64,000 nucleotides of DNA from Raja brachyura. Lineage: Eukaryota. The position numbers were made by a program, and so were the translations under genes. This document shows, piece by piece, positions 50,080 through 62,293 of this stretch; the first letter of the stretch is position 1; each line of letters opens with the position of its first letter. The DNA lies in assembly GCA_963514005.1 (NCBI GenBank), contig OY740789.1, positions 51,398,001-51,462,000 of the forward strand. Direction: 5' to 3'. The notes beneath the pieces are model-generated. The model was not told the origin of the DNA. It saw only the letters and a program-made list of their open reading frames with translations, and did not search any database.

Positions 50080-50212
50080 GAGTCTGAAGAAGGGTCTCGA
50101 CCTGAAACGTAACCTATCCATGTTCTCTAGAGATGCTGCCTAACCCGCTGAGATACTCCAGCACGTTGTGTCCATTTACTATTAACCAAGAACTGCAGTT
50201 GCTTGTTTCTAC
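50080..50212 (+). mobile_element. Penelope-like terminus with hammerhead motif (core 50084-50111)
   Basis: GT-CTGAAGA-A-GGGTC(TC)GACCT-GAAA-CGTA-AC. Confidence 0.8.
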
Positions 50213-51066
50213 TACTTATACAATGATAATACCTTCCTTGATTATAGCGGACAATCGGCAATAACAGACCCCTTCTTCCCTCCCTCCCCCCCATGGTCCG
50301 TTATATTGAGGGTTTACGGTTATTGAACTTAAGATCTGTTTGCACTATTTCAAATTTCAACACTACTTTCACCATTCTGCTGTTTTAATTTGTCGTTATA
50401 CGCATTATATCTATCATTATCATGTATCCGTTTACTCTGAATCTGAATTTATACCCCAGTGCCATTTTCCATCAATATACCTCGATGTTTACCGGTCCTT
50501 CCAGGGAGAATACAGGTCGATAAATCCTTCGATAATCGCTCCACGCGGTTGTAATGATTAAATTAATGCAAGAGCTTACAGAAATTGTGCGCTGCACTGC
50601 AACGTCCCACAACCAGTGATCGAAATGACTGATAAGGTGGTGCTTGACGGATTAACATTGCGGCGAGGATGAGAGCTCTCCCCACTCCCCTTTGATTCAT
50701 TGAGCAGATTGATATGATTATCGCCAAAGGCAGCTTCCCAAATAGCCCCCCTATTCCCCATTGCCTGGCTGACGAATCTTCCATTAACACCTAACTAATA
50801 GTAATTCAGGAGCCTGAAGGGTCCCAACCAGAAACATCACCTTTCCACGTCCTCCAGAAACTCTGCCGGACAGCACCGAGTTACTCCAGCACCAAAGGAC
50901 ACAAACTACCGCATGAACTCAGCGGGTCTCTGGTGATGTTCCGGGACTGGACCCTTTCACTACGAGTTACTCCAACACTGTGTGTCTTTTAAAAAACTAA
51001 TTGTAAACCTCATTTCACCATTTCTGGCGACGCTGATTTTGTCATGAAACCGACGTTTCTTCACCA

Positions 51067-52674
51067 GAGGGGCGTGACGTAGCGGGGCGTGGCGCTTGGG
51101 GGCGTGACGTAGAGGGGCGTGACGCACGCGGGCGTGGCGCTGTGGGCGCGACGTGGCGGGGCGTGGCGCACGGGGGCGTGGCGCTGTGGGCGTGACGTAG
51201 AGGGGCGTGGCGCACGGGGGCGTGGCGTAACGGGGCGTGATGCACGGGGGCGTGACGCTGGGGGCGTGGTGCACGGGGCGTGGTGCACGGGGCGTGACGC
51301 TGGGGGCGTGGTGCACGGGGCGTGGTGCACGGGGCGTGACGCTGGGGGCGTGGTGCACGGGGCGTGACGCTGGGGGCGTGGTGCACTGGGCGTGGCGCTG
51401 GGGGCGTGGTGCACGGCGCGTGGTGCACGGGGCGTGGCGCTGGGGGCGTGGTGCACGGGGCGTGGCGCTGGGGGCGTGGTGCACGGCGCGTGGTGCACGT
51501 GGCGCTGGGGCGTGGTACACGGGGCGTGGCGCTGGGGGGCATGGTTCCCGGGACGTGACGCTCGGGGGCGTGACGCTCGGGGGCGTGGTGCACGGGGCGT
51601 GGTGCACGGGGCGTGGCGCTGCGGGCGTGGTGCACGGGGCGTGACGCTGGGGGCGTGGCGCTGGGGGCGTTGTACACGGGGCGTAGCGCTGGGGGGCATG
51701 GTTCCCGGGACGTGACGCTCGGGGGCGTGGTGCACGGGGCGTGACGCTGAGGGGCGTGGTGCGCGGGGCGTGGTGCGCGGGGCGTGGCGCTGCGGGCGTG
51801 GTGCACGGGGCGGGACGCTAGGCGGCGTGGTGCATGGGGCGTGGCGTGGTGCACGGGGCGTGACGCTGGGGGGCGTTGCGCTGGGAGCGTGGTGCACGGG
51901 GCGTGGTGCACGGGGCGTGACGCTAGGGGGCGTGGTGCACGGGGCGTGGTGCACGGGACGTGGCGCTGGGGAGTGGTACACGGGGCGTGGAGCTGGGGGC
52001 GTGGCGCAAGGGGGCGTGGTGCACGGGGCGTGGCGCTAGGGGCGTGGTGTACGGGGCGTGGCGCTGGGGGCGTGGTGCACGGGGCGTGGCGCTGAGGGCG
52101 TGACGCACCCGGGGCGTGACGTAGCGGGGACTTGGGGGTTTGGGTTGGGGCCGTGACGCAAGGGGCGTTGTGCAATAGGGCGTGGCGCACTGGGCATGAC
52201 GTGTGTGAGGGCGTGGCGCAAGGAGCATTTGCAGGGGGCGGTGCGCAGGAGGGCGTGGGCTGGGAGGAGTGGCGCAGGGGGTTTGGGTTGGGGGCGTGAC
52301 GTAGCGGGGCGTGACGAATGGGGCGTGGCGTAGGGGTGTGTGACGTAGGGGGCGTGGACTGGGGGCGTGACGCAAGAGGGAGTGGCGCAGAGGGTCGTGA
52401 CGCAGAAGGTGTGACACAAGAGGGAGTGACGTAGTGTGGCGTGACGCATGGGGCGTGCCGCAGGGGGCGTGGCGTAGGTGGCGAGACGCAGGGGGTGTGG
52501 CGCAGTGGGGCGTGCGCAGTGGGGGCGTGGCGCATGGGGCGTGGCGTAGGGGAGTGGCGCAGAGGGGCGTGACGCAGAAGGGTGTGTCGCAAGAGGGCGT
52601 GACGCATGAGGCGTGGGTTTGGGGGAGTGGCGTAGGGGGGCGTGACGCAGGGGGCGGGTGCGTGGCGCATGCGC
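51067..52674. repeat. GC-rich variable tandem array of 14-16-bp GGGGCGTG(G/A)... units
   Basis: Roughly 100 units such as GGGGCGTGGTGCAC, GGGGCGTGACGCTG and GGGGCGTGACGTAG, with higher-order duplications (GGCATGGTTCCCGGGACGTGACGCTC twice). Confidence 0.95.
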
Positions 52675-53700
52675 GGGTAGGTAGCGAGCGTGGCTCTGGC
52701 GGTGCTGTTGCTCGGAGACCACCGGCCTCTGGCAGCAAGTGGCAGCTTCGCCCCGCCCGCACAACAGAGAGCCAGCCCGGCCTCTGGATAAGGACTGCTC
52801 GAGTGAGCACAGAACTGTTTACGGTTAAGTTTTTTTCTTGCACACCTGCGGACCAGTCTGCCGGTAGGTTGGAGGGGATGGTGGTGAGTAAGCTGAGTGA
52901 GTGAGTGAGTGGAAGGGACGGAGGTGAAGGGGGCAGAGGTGAGGGGGGAAGGGAAGGGAGATGTGAAGTCGTGGGGAGAGGGGTGGAGGGGGAGGGTATG
53001 TGTGCGGGAGATGGGTGTGCAGAGGGGTGGGTTAAGGTGGGTGGGTGAAGGCGTGGAGACAGGGGTGTGTGTGCAGGAAGATGGGTGGGCAGAGGTGGGT
53101 GGATGCAGGAAGGTGGTGATTGACTGTAAACTGCGGCTGCAGTTTCTGATCACTTGCCGTTGGGGACTGGGGCAGCAAAGCAAAAGTAAACGGGAGCAGA
53201 ACTTGGGGAAAGGAAAGGCGTTTGGTAAGTCAGAAATCCTGCAAATTGCCCTGAACTTCTTTGAAAGACACAGATTAGAAATGCAATCTTGCTCGGTGGC
53301 GGAACTGGGTTTTTTGCTCGTCTGCCTGTTAACAACATTTAGTCAAGACCGCTCAAACCCTCCCAGGAACGATGCGACACTTTCGAGACCGAGGGGGGCA
53401 AAGTCAGCCGTGTTCAGGAAAGCGTGAAAAAAATAGTTTAGAGTGGATTTATAAACTCACCGGAAAAGTGTTGCGGAAATCAGTTTTCAGTTGAAGTTCG
53501 AGTCTGCTGGAATAGTCGCGGAACCTGGTGCGTAGTGATTACTTTGAGTTTTCTAGTGACTGGTTGAAGGCTTTTTTTGCTAATCGTCAGTTCGAGACCA
53601 TTGCAATTCTAATTCATGAGTCCGTCAGCTGCATGCCTTGCATTCCTCTTCACAAGGCACCGTGATCAGAAATGCAGCGGCGACTGTAAGTTTCCCAGTC
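52665..53700 (+). promoter_or_regulatory. CpG-island promoter / first exon(s) of an unidentified + strand gene
   Basis: NRF1 palindrome GCGCATGCGC at 52665-52674 in CpG-rich unique sequence. Splice donors CCG|GTAGGT (52864), TTG|GTAAGT (53225), CTG|GTGCGT (53528) and ACT|GTAAGT (53686). Confidence 0.65.
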
Positions 53701-54839
53701 TAATTGCAGCCTTGGCTCTCACTTCAAACGAAAGCTCCTGTGTGTGTATGGTCTGTCAAATTGCTCACTTTCTCTGCCGTTTAAAAAAAAATCGGTTGCA
53801 TGCATTAAACATCACTATGTAATCTTATAAATCTTTACAATTTAAAAATCGAGTTATACTCATTAAAATGACAGTGCGAGTGCTACAGATTCGGCATCCT
53901 GTGGATTTTCTAATTTTCCGTGTTATTCATTCCACTTTTGGATAATCAAATTAAGGGAATGGATCTGTCTCCCTTGTGCGTGGAATATGATTTGGAATAT
54001 CTCATCAAATGTGACAAAATATCAATGGGCTATTGTTTTGTTTTTATCCCTTTTCCCAAAATACATGGGGTCATGAGTGCAGTATCCCAAGTGGGATAAG
54101 CAAAATGAAAAATCAAGGAAAAATCCATCGACTGCCAAATCTGTAGTACTGACAGTGTCACTGTAAAAATGATGTAGTGCAACCAAATCATTAAACTGCG
54201 TTAAGATTAACATGCTTGTACAGTGATGTGATTGTGCACTCAATATTTTTTTGTAAAATCAGGAGGGATAGTGTGCAATTTGATAAGTCAGGTGGTGGAC
54301 TGGGTGCTGCCTTTTCTAAAATACTCTCAGGGTGATCACCACTTGAACATTAAGCTGACAAATGACTGCTTACCTGAACAACCTTCAGGCAGCTGTCTAT
54401 CCAAAATAGAAATGCAGTGAAAAATACATTTACATTGATTCTAGCAGGTATTCACATATACTTCTCAAAGATTTACAAATTAATAATTTTTCTTTCGTAT
54501 TTTTTGTCTTTACCTATTTCACAGCAGTATAACAGTTTTTAATTGTCTAGACATAAAATAACAATTGTTTTTACATTGACTTCTTGTTTCGATAGCAAGG
54601 AAGCTGACTTGTTTTATAGTTTCAATTACCTGATCGTGATTTTAATTTGTTTTGAGTTTGACAATTGATCATGCAGGCAGGAAGCATTTTAATGATTGTT
54701 AACTTGGTTTCCAGTTGTACATGTAGTTTAGGGTAAAAAATCAAAATGGTTGCAGGAACTTGGGATTGGGAGGACGGGAGGTTGAAGGGGGAGGAATTAT
54801 TTCGGATCAAGACTCTGAATTACACAAATAGCACCTTGA

Positions 54840-55011
54840 CTTTACTTTGAAGATACAGCGCAGAAACAGGCCCTTCGGAGCCAAAGGAAACCAGAACACT
54901 CAAAGAAAACCTGCATGATCACAAGGAGAACGTACAAACTCCATATAGACAGCACCCGTAGTCAGATTTGAACCAGGCTCTTTAACACTGTAAGGCAGCA
55001 ACACTACTGCT
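54840..55011 (-). mobile_element. V-SINE, internally deleted
   Basis: Reverse SINE motifs abutting the Gypsy remnant. Confidence 0.8.
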
Positions 55012-58000
55012 GATGGAAAGAGCCAAGTTCTTCGCGTGTCAACAGATTCCCGATGAACCTGTTGAACAATTTATCTGTGATTTAAAATATATGGCTCAGC
55101 ATTGACGCTTCGGCAATATGTCTAATGAGTTAATACGTGACAAACTCGTCAGTGGCATGACTGATCAAAAGCTAAAGACTGAGCTGCTGCGGAATGCTGA
55201 CCTAACCCTGGAACAAGCTGTGCATGCCTGCCGCACGTCCGAGATTGTGGCCCCACTGGGCGACCAGTCTGACTCTCAGAAAAAGTGTATAAACCTGACA
55301 GGCTTCAATAAACGAGCTCCGGGTGTGCATTAACCCAAGAGACCTAAACACTGCCATCAAGCGACGACATTATCCGATGAGAAATGTCGAAGAAGCTGCC
55401 CAAATCGGTCGAGCAGCACTGTTTTCTGTACTAGACGCAAAAAGCTCGTTCTGGCAGATACCTCTGGATGACGCGTCCTCGAACCTCACCACGTTTGGCA
55501 CACAATTTGGCAGATTCAAATTTCTCAGAATGCCATTTGGTATCAATTCGGCCAGCAAAGTTTTTCAGGAAACCATGGAACAGCTGCTCACAGGCTTCCC
55601 ATGCGCCATCATCGTAGATGACATCCTGGTTTATGGCAAAGACATTGCGGAGCACAACTACAACCATAAGCAGATTCTAGACAGGGCATGCGAGATTAAC
55701 TTGAAGTTCATCCCCAAGAAGTGCAAGTTCCACGTCCCGGAGGTCACCTATGTTGGACATGTATTCACTAGCAATGGTCTGAAGCCAGATCCGAAGAAAA
55801 CTGCAGCCATCCAGGAAATGCCTGCCCTTGCCGAAGTACACACCTACAACGATTTATGGGCATGGTGAACTTTCTGGGATTTTCCAACATACTGAATGGA
55901 CCTGGTACCAGCAGCACCAAAGGCGTTCGACACTTTAAAACTACAGCTGGCCAGTGTTCCTACATTGACATACTTTGACCTGAAGCGACCTGTCACAGTA
56001 ACCTGCGATGCCTCACAATACGGGCTAGGCGCAGCCTGCCTTCAGACATCTGCCGACGGCATTATACTACCGGTATCTCGCACCATGACGGACACCGAAC
56101 AACATTATGCCCAAATCGAGAAGGAGCTACTAACCGTGGTCTTTGCATGCTCCAAAGTTTAAAGACTTCGTCATTGGGAACACTTTCGTCAGGTTGAAAC
56201 CGACCACCAATCTCTCGTAACCATCCTGAACAAGCCCATCCATGCAGCACCTGCACGTTTGCAGCGTATGATGATGCAGCTTCAGCGGTTCGACTTCAGA
56301 ATCGTTTACAAAAAAGGAAAGGACATGCTTGTTGCCGATACTCTCTCTCGTGCACCACGTGCATCCATAGGAGTGTGATGAGCTCACTGTTCTTAAGGCT
56401 GACTTCGTTCCCACGGAACGTCTGCGTCGCTTGGCTGCTCACATAACCGCTGACGGGACTCTACAGCTGCTCTTATCCATCGTTAAAAAAGGCTGGACTG
56501 AAAGACAATCCAGCACCCCACTGGAGGTACAGCCATTCTTCCTAGAGTTAGTAATACAAGGGCCATCATCGTCAAGGGCCACAAAGTCGTGATCCCATCA
56601 TCCTTACGAGACAAATACTACAAAGAGGTGCACAACGGTCACCCAGGCACTGAAGCCACACTTGCCCATTCACAGAGCATGTTCTACTGGCCGGGGATGT
56701 CTAAGTACATATGGGACAGGACGGCATCCTGCTCTATCGGCAACAGCCTAGCACCTCACCAGCAGAAACAGCCTTTACTGCAACAACCTCCTCCAGCACT
56801 ACCTTGGACATCCGTTGCAGCGTACCTTTTCAAATGGCACGGCACACACTACTTAGTCCTCGTAGACTCATACGCCAACTGGTTTGAACTTGACTTGCTA
56901 CCCGCCATCACATCCGAGATGGTTATACAAAAGCTTCGGAGACATTTTTCCGTATTCGGCGCACCAGTCCGCCTACAAACTGACAACGGACGATAATTCA
57001 CCAGTCAGGCTTTTAAAAACTTTGCCAGTCGATGGAACTTCCACCACGTCACAAGCAGCCCTGAGTGTCCCCAATCCAACGGCCTCGCTGAACGTGCTGT
57101 CAGGAGTGCAAAACAACTGATGGAACTTTCTCATCTTGCCAAGTCTGATGTCTACCTCGACCTCCTTAATTTGAGAAATATTTCCAGGGACGGGATCCTG
57201 GACTCTCCTGCTCAATGGCTGATTTCTCGTACAACACGGCCTCCACTGCCCGTTGCCCAGCAACAGCTGAAACCTCAAGTGTTTAAACCAGTGGCGGTCC
57301 AGAAGGGACACGATATTCAGAAGCGCTCAAGTTCAGAAGCGACAAGTCCAGCAGACCACTAAAGCCGCTGATACAGGCTAAAGTGGGCCGTTTTCAGACT
57401 GCCGTGGGACATTCCCATTTGGGGTTCGTTGAAGGACCATCAAAGGAACCCTGTTCCTACCTTGTCAACGCCGATGGTGCACTGTACTGGCGCAGACGTC
57501 AACATCTCCTGCTCCTGAAAGAACCTCGACCAGCTCCCACCAGCCCATATGCACCGCCTTTGCCGTTTAAGCCTTCTGCTGCCCCTGCTCTCCCCGTCCC
57601 AGCATGCCACCTCCGCCTTAGTCGGTTACCCCATCCACCCACGTTAACACTCCTGCATGCTCACCCCGCCGGTCTCTGCATGTGTCGCTGACCGCCGTAC
57701 CCCTTCCTGGTTCCCCGCCTGCCAGCCCCGCTAACCTTTCTGATGGGGAGGGAGAGGGGTTTGTCCGTACGCGTTCGGGTCGCATCAGTAGACCACCTGA
57801 CAGGTACGTCGAGTATGTTTAACCGTATGCATTTAACATATGTTCAACAACCTTTCTCTTTACGGAGAAGGATGTAGATTGTTTATTGCATGTGAACCAA
57901 TCAGAATAGTGTAGCATCACTAACTCCACCTCACTATACACTTTATATTAACACCCATTTCCTATGTTCCTAGTTATACCAGCGGTTACAATGAACTAAC

Positions 58001-58094
58001 AACCTGCTGTACTGTTCTATTACACCTTATGATTAAAGATGATTTAAGATCCAGACCTGTGTCTGTAAGATCATTTACGGTTTATTTGTCTACA
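55012..58094 (+). mobile_element. Decayed Gypsy (Ty3; Mag-like) LTR retrotransposon lacking its 5' LTR
   Basis: Gag (IRDKLVSG...LTLEQAV), RT (LDAKSSFWQI, RMPFGI, IVDDILV), RNase H (CDASQYGLGA), integrase (H..H zinc finger, VDSY, TDNG), and polypurine tract GGAGAAGGA before the LTR. Confidence 0.95.
57873..58094 (+). repeat. 3' LTR of the Gypsy element
   Basis: TGTAGA...TCTACA inverted ends directly after the PPT; internal ATTAAA. Confidence 0.8.
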
Positions 58095-58920
58095 TTTATT
58101 TTCACCTACATTTGAAACTTGCTGATGTATGGAAACTTTTAATAAGTGTATGATCATTTCAATATGCTATTGCGCCTGGTATGCATCATCACTTAGTTTA
58201 ATAAGAGTAGTACAGTTGGCCATTTGTATTTAACATGCATCTTCTTCGGTTCAAGATGTAGAGATTCTTTGTGGGTAAACCCAGTGTGTTTGCATTTTTG
58301 TCATAGTTCTTGGCATGAAGTCCACAGTGGAATGTTGAATTTTTGATAAAATTATGAAAAATGTTGATCGATTAGGTTATAATACTTTTCCACTTTTATC
58401 ATTTAGAAACTGATACCTTCTTGTACATTATTTTCTGAATAGCGTTTTGAATAACTAGTTGGAGAGTGGCCACGTGTAAATTTGTTTAATATCAAAACAA
58501 TAATAGATCTATTTAATGCCTTCAGTTTTGTGTTGGGGTTTCAGTGACTATGGAATACCATGTTTCAAAGAGCTTCTGAGAGATTGTTTTGGACTGTTAT
58601 GTCAGGTTAAAGCCTTGTTCGAAGAAACAAAAATCGGAGCTGCTGGTAGTTTGTTTCATTTTGAAGAACACAAGGGGATGATTTCAAAAGCATGTCAGTG
58701 TTTACATATGAATGTTGGGACTAAAACCAAAATATTGTGCAAGATAAATCTTTAGTTCAACATTGTATGTTTACATAGTCTGTTTCAATTTGGAAAAACA
58801 GCTTTAGTTTCTTTTCTCAGCCTCCCAAGATTCGCTGCTATACATTCCTTTAGTGTATGATGTTTAAAATATATATGTATGATTTTCCTTGAATTCTGTT
58901 TGATGCTTTTAAGTATAATA

Positions 58921-59577
58921 CTAGGCTAAGTGCGACCCATTGGGTCCCAGTCACACGGGAGGCCTGGTCCCCCCACCGCAACCCATTCCCCAATGCAATA
59001 TTCCAGCACTCACCTGTTCCCCCAATGCAACCCGTTCCCCCAAAGCAATATTCCGCCACTCAGGGGAGGGGGGGGGGTGGGGGAGGGAATGGTTGGGGGA
59101 ACGGGTAGGCGGGGTGGGGAAAGGAGGGGGGTGGGGAAAGGGGGTGTGTGGGGGAAGGGGGTGTGTGGGGAGTGGTCGCAGCAGACACAGTTCACACTCT
59201 GCTTACCCTACACCTTCAGTTTTCGGCCTCATGCAGCAGATCCGGGCAGCTCACTCTCCACAGGCTGCTCACCCTCCGCGAGCTGCACACGTTACGCAAG
59301 CTGCTCAACACAATCCGCCCCCTCAGCTTTTTATTCTCCTCGCCGGCGTTATAGACAGCGGATTCCGGAAGGGGCGGTTTTTATGACTTTTAAACCTTCA
59401 TAACGTTTGTACTATTTCACCGATCGGAAAACAAAACTTATTTGACTTGCAGCAGAGGAGAATGGTGAGTAACGTGGCGAAAATTCGTAGCGCTAAGGGG
59501 GGTTTGTTTTTGTGCAAATTTAAAAACAATGCAGACCAGAAGTGGTCAAGATGAGAGTTTCAGTAATGGGATAGAGA
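58921..59577 (-). mobile_element. Complete non-autonomous Helitron
   Basis: The minus strand begins TC and ends with a hairpin plus CTAG. Inserted between A(58920) and T(59578) with no TSD. Confidence 0.8.
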
Positions 59578-59899
59578 TGTTACAAATAATTTTCAGTAAT
59601 TGTATTGTTCCTTTACTGTTGAAAAGTTAATTTATTTCTGTTATTAGTGCCCATTTTATGGATCGGAAAGGTTGAGGGGGATATAGACAAATGTGCACAT
59701 GTGGCACTAGTGTAGATGGGACTCTGGGATTGACATGGGCAATGTGGGCCGAAGGGTCTGGTTTCATGCTGGAAGACTCTATACGTCTAAGTGCTTCAAG
59801 GACTGTTTTTTACCAAGGCTGGTCATATCGTACAGCAGCAGATCTGCATGCAACAAACCTCCATGGACACTCTAATTATGGCCAGATAGTCAGTTTCAT

Positions 59900-60030
59900 T
59901 GATGTTGATAGAGGGATAACTCCATTCCTCTATTCTGAAAATATGCTGTGGGCAACTTAACGTTTACATGAGAGACGAGAAGGGGCTATGGTTTAACGCA
60001 TTGTCTGAAGCGCACCATTTCCAACTGTGC
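59900..60030 (-). mobile_element. Ancient Deu-domain SINE remnant (SacSINE1/AmnSINE1-like)
   Basis: GAGAGACGAGAAGGGGCTATGGTTTAACGCATTGTCTGAA is collinear with the reverse Deu-domain core as I recall it; not aligned computationally. Confidence 0.5.
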
Positions 60031-60244
60031 AATAAAATCTCAGTAATCTGGAAATGCTGAAGGTCAGGCATCTGGAATGTGAACTGTGGGTACATTGCAA
60101 GCAGGATGTACAGTTGGACTTGGTGATCTGGAGTGCCAGCTGAGCATTGGGCATTGCGCTGTGTTCAGGAACGTGGACAATCTGGAAAATCTGAATTCTG
60201 TACTATCCAAGCCCCAGGAGTGCTGGATTATTGGAGTGTTACTG
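60030..60244. mobile_element. Old Tigger-type MITE
   Basis: Degenerate TIRs CAATAAAATCTCAGTAATCTGG / CTGGATTATTGGAGTGTTACTG|TA. Confidence 0.45.
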
Positions 60245-61361
60245 TATTTACAAAATGGGGATTGGTCCTTGTGACCCAGAGTCCTAGGCCGGTGCCTCTG
60301 CCCTAGAGGTGCCTCCTCTCATGCCTTTTCATCACCCCATCAATGAAATGTCTTCCGTTCCTTTCTCCCTCTCCTTTATCCCTTGTCTTTCTCTTTATCT
60401 AGCTTTGCTTTAATGACATCTGGGATAATCAGCTCAGTTACTTTTTGATAGAGTGAGCTTCCCCTAATCATCCTCCTCTCCCCTATGAGTAAGATCTGAA
60501 TTTACAATTAAATTTGTTAGTGACTGTTTTGCACTTAAGGCCCTTGTTCCAGTTTTTCCTGCTAATATTAATATCTTCTCTGACTGTACTCCACAAAGCT
60601 GTTCATCTTAAGCACAAACCTCTCAGATAAACCCTCAGTCTTTTATTTAATGAGAAGAGCCTGACTCACTGGAACATTGTTTGGTCTTTCTGGACAGATA
60701 TAGCATGTCAGTTCGGGTGTCATCTTCGTGGATCATTATTGTGCTTTCAGTGCCTCCTATATTGTCTTTTTAACATGTTTGTCAGGACTGTTTATGGGGG
60801 AATTATGATAATTTGGGGATAGGTCTGAGAATTTTTTTTTGCGGCCAAATTGCTCCCTCCAATGCTGCAAATTTCTCTGAACATTATTTTGGTTTTTGTG
60901 TCCCTGTTAGATTTTGAGAAGGTCTGAAAGATTTTGAACACAAATGGGTAGACAGAATTAAGATACAGAACAGCCATGATCTAATTGAATGATGGACCCG
61001 ATTCAAATGGCCATGTGGCTGGCTTCTGTTCTGGTGTTCTGAAATAGGCACACAACTGGAGAGTCAGTCTCTGCCAAGTCTCTCAATCCACAAACTTTTG
61101 GCTTGTTTAGGATGCTTTCACTGAAACTGCACAATTGAACTTGGAGTAGGATAAACTTGATAGATTGTTATATTTGACATTTTGTTTGCTTTTTCCCTTT
61201 TGAAAACTTGAAACAATAATCCCCATCAGATTATGTACAGCAGCACAGTATGCACACGGTCCTGCTTGTTTTTTTTCCAGTGGCTGCATTGTTCAGTAGA
61301 ATTAATGTACGCACATCATTAATACAAAATAGGTTTGAGTCTTTCACTAACAAGAAAGAAG

Positions 61362-61570
61362 TTCGAGTTGAAGTTCACATTTATTGCCACATGCACCAAT
61401 TGAGGTACAGTGGAATTTGATTTACCATGCAGCCATACAAACAAAAGAGAACAATACACATAGAATATAACTTGAACATCCATCACAGTTGAATCAACAT
61501 TCTTCACTATGGTGGAAGGCAATAAATTTATCAGTCCTCCTCCTTTGTTCATCCGTGGTCGGGGTCGTGG
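61362..61570 (-). mobile_element. 3' fragment of the (TTGAAC)n-tailed retroposon
   Basis: Reverse complement of 6500-6708. Confidence 0.75.
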
Positions 61571-61599
61571 TCACTAATAACAGAAAGAAGATTTACTAT

Positions 61600-61785
61600 G
61601 GTACACAAAAATGCTGGAGAAACTCAGCGGGTGCAGCAACATCTATGGAGCAAAGGAAATAGGCAACGTTTCGGCCCGAAACGTTGCCTATTTCCTTTAC
61701 TCCATAGATGCTGCTGCACCCACTGAGTTTCTCGAGCATTTTTGTCTACCTTCGATTTTCCAGCATCTGCAGTTCCTTCTTACAC
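61600..61785 (+). mobile_element. Palindromic Penelope-derived short element
   Basis: 151-bp fold-back at 61600-61750. 15-bp TSD AAGAAGATTTACTAT (61585-61599 / 61786-61800). Confidence 0.9.
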
Positions 61786-62293
61786 AAGAAGATTTACTAT
61801 ATATTTTGTTGATGGTGGCTTTAAGATTGGACTTCAAATAAAAGTCTCAGTATAATGAACTGGTAACCAGAGAAATTTTGGAGGCATTAACACTGCAGGA
61901 TTTTATTTATTACAGCAGAACCCATCTGTGTGTGCATGTGCAGTATTTATGATTGGACCACACCAGTCAGATTTTAGTCAAGATTCTTGAAATGCATTCA
62001 CCCTAATCTTCAGGCGAGAGTTTTGTGGTATGCTGTATGTAAGTCTGGTGAATGAGGAAATCCAGTGGGAGCTGTTTATAGTGCTTCTAGTTTGGAGCGA
62101 CTTGCATTTTTGTCATTCTTTCGTTTCAACGGGTTCTTAGATTACAACAGGGATTTGAATGTTGTCTGTTTTCTTTCGTAAGTATGGAAATATGTAAATA
62201 AATATGGTTTCTTCTTTGCCAGGTATTAGGGAATGGTAGTTCACTGTAATTGAGGCTAGTAATTTTATACTCAATTTATTTTATTTATTTCAG

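Larger units (their letters stand above)
48646..50319. mobile_element. Tigger/pogo-type non-autonomous DNA transposon hosting nested retroelements
   Basis: TA|CAGTGAACCCTCATTTTAACGGACC ... GGTCCGTTATATTGAGGGTTTACGG (21/25 inverted match). Confidence 0.7.

Noticed and set aside
51067-52674. CRISPR-like array
   Set aside because: Units are contiguous with no unique spacers, there are no cas genes, and the context is vertebrate.
50960-53183. Long ORFs (713, 306, 306 and 242 aa) over the GC-rich array
   Set aside because: Low-complexity translations open in several frames on both strands because the repeat units lack stop codons.
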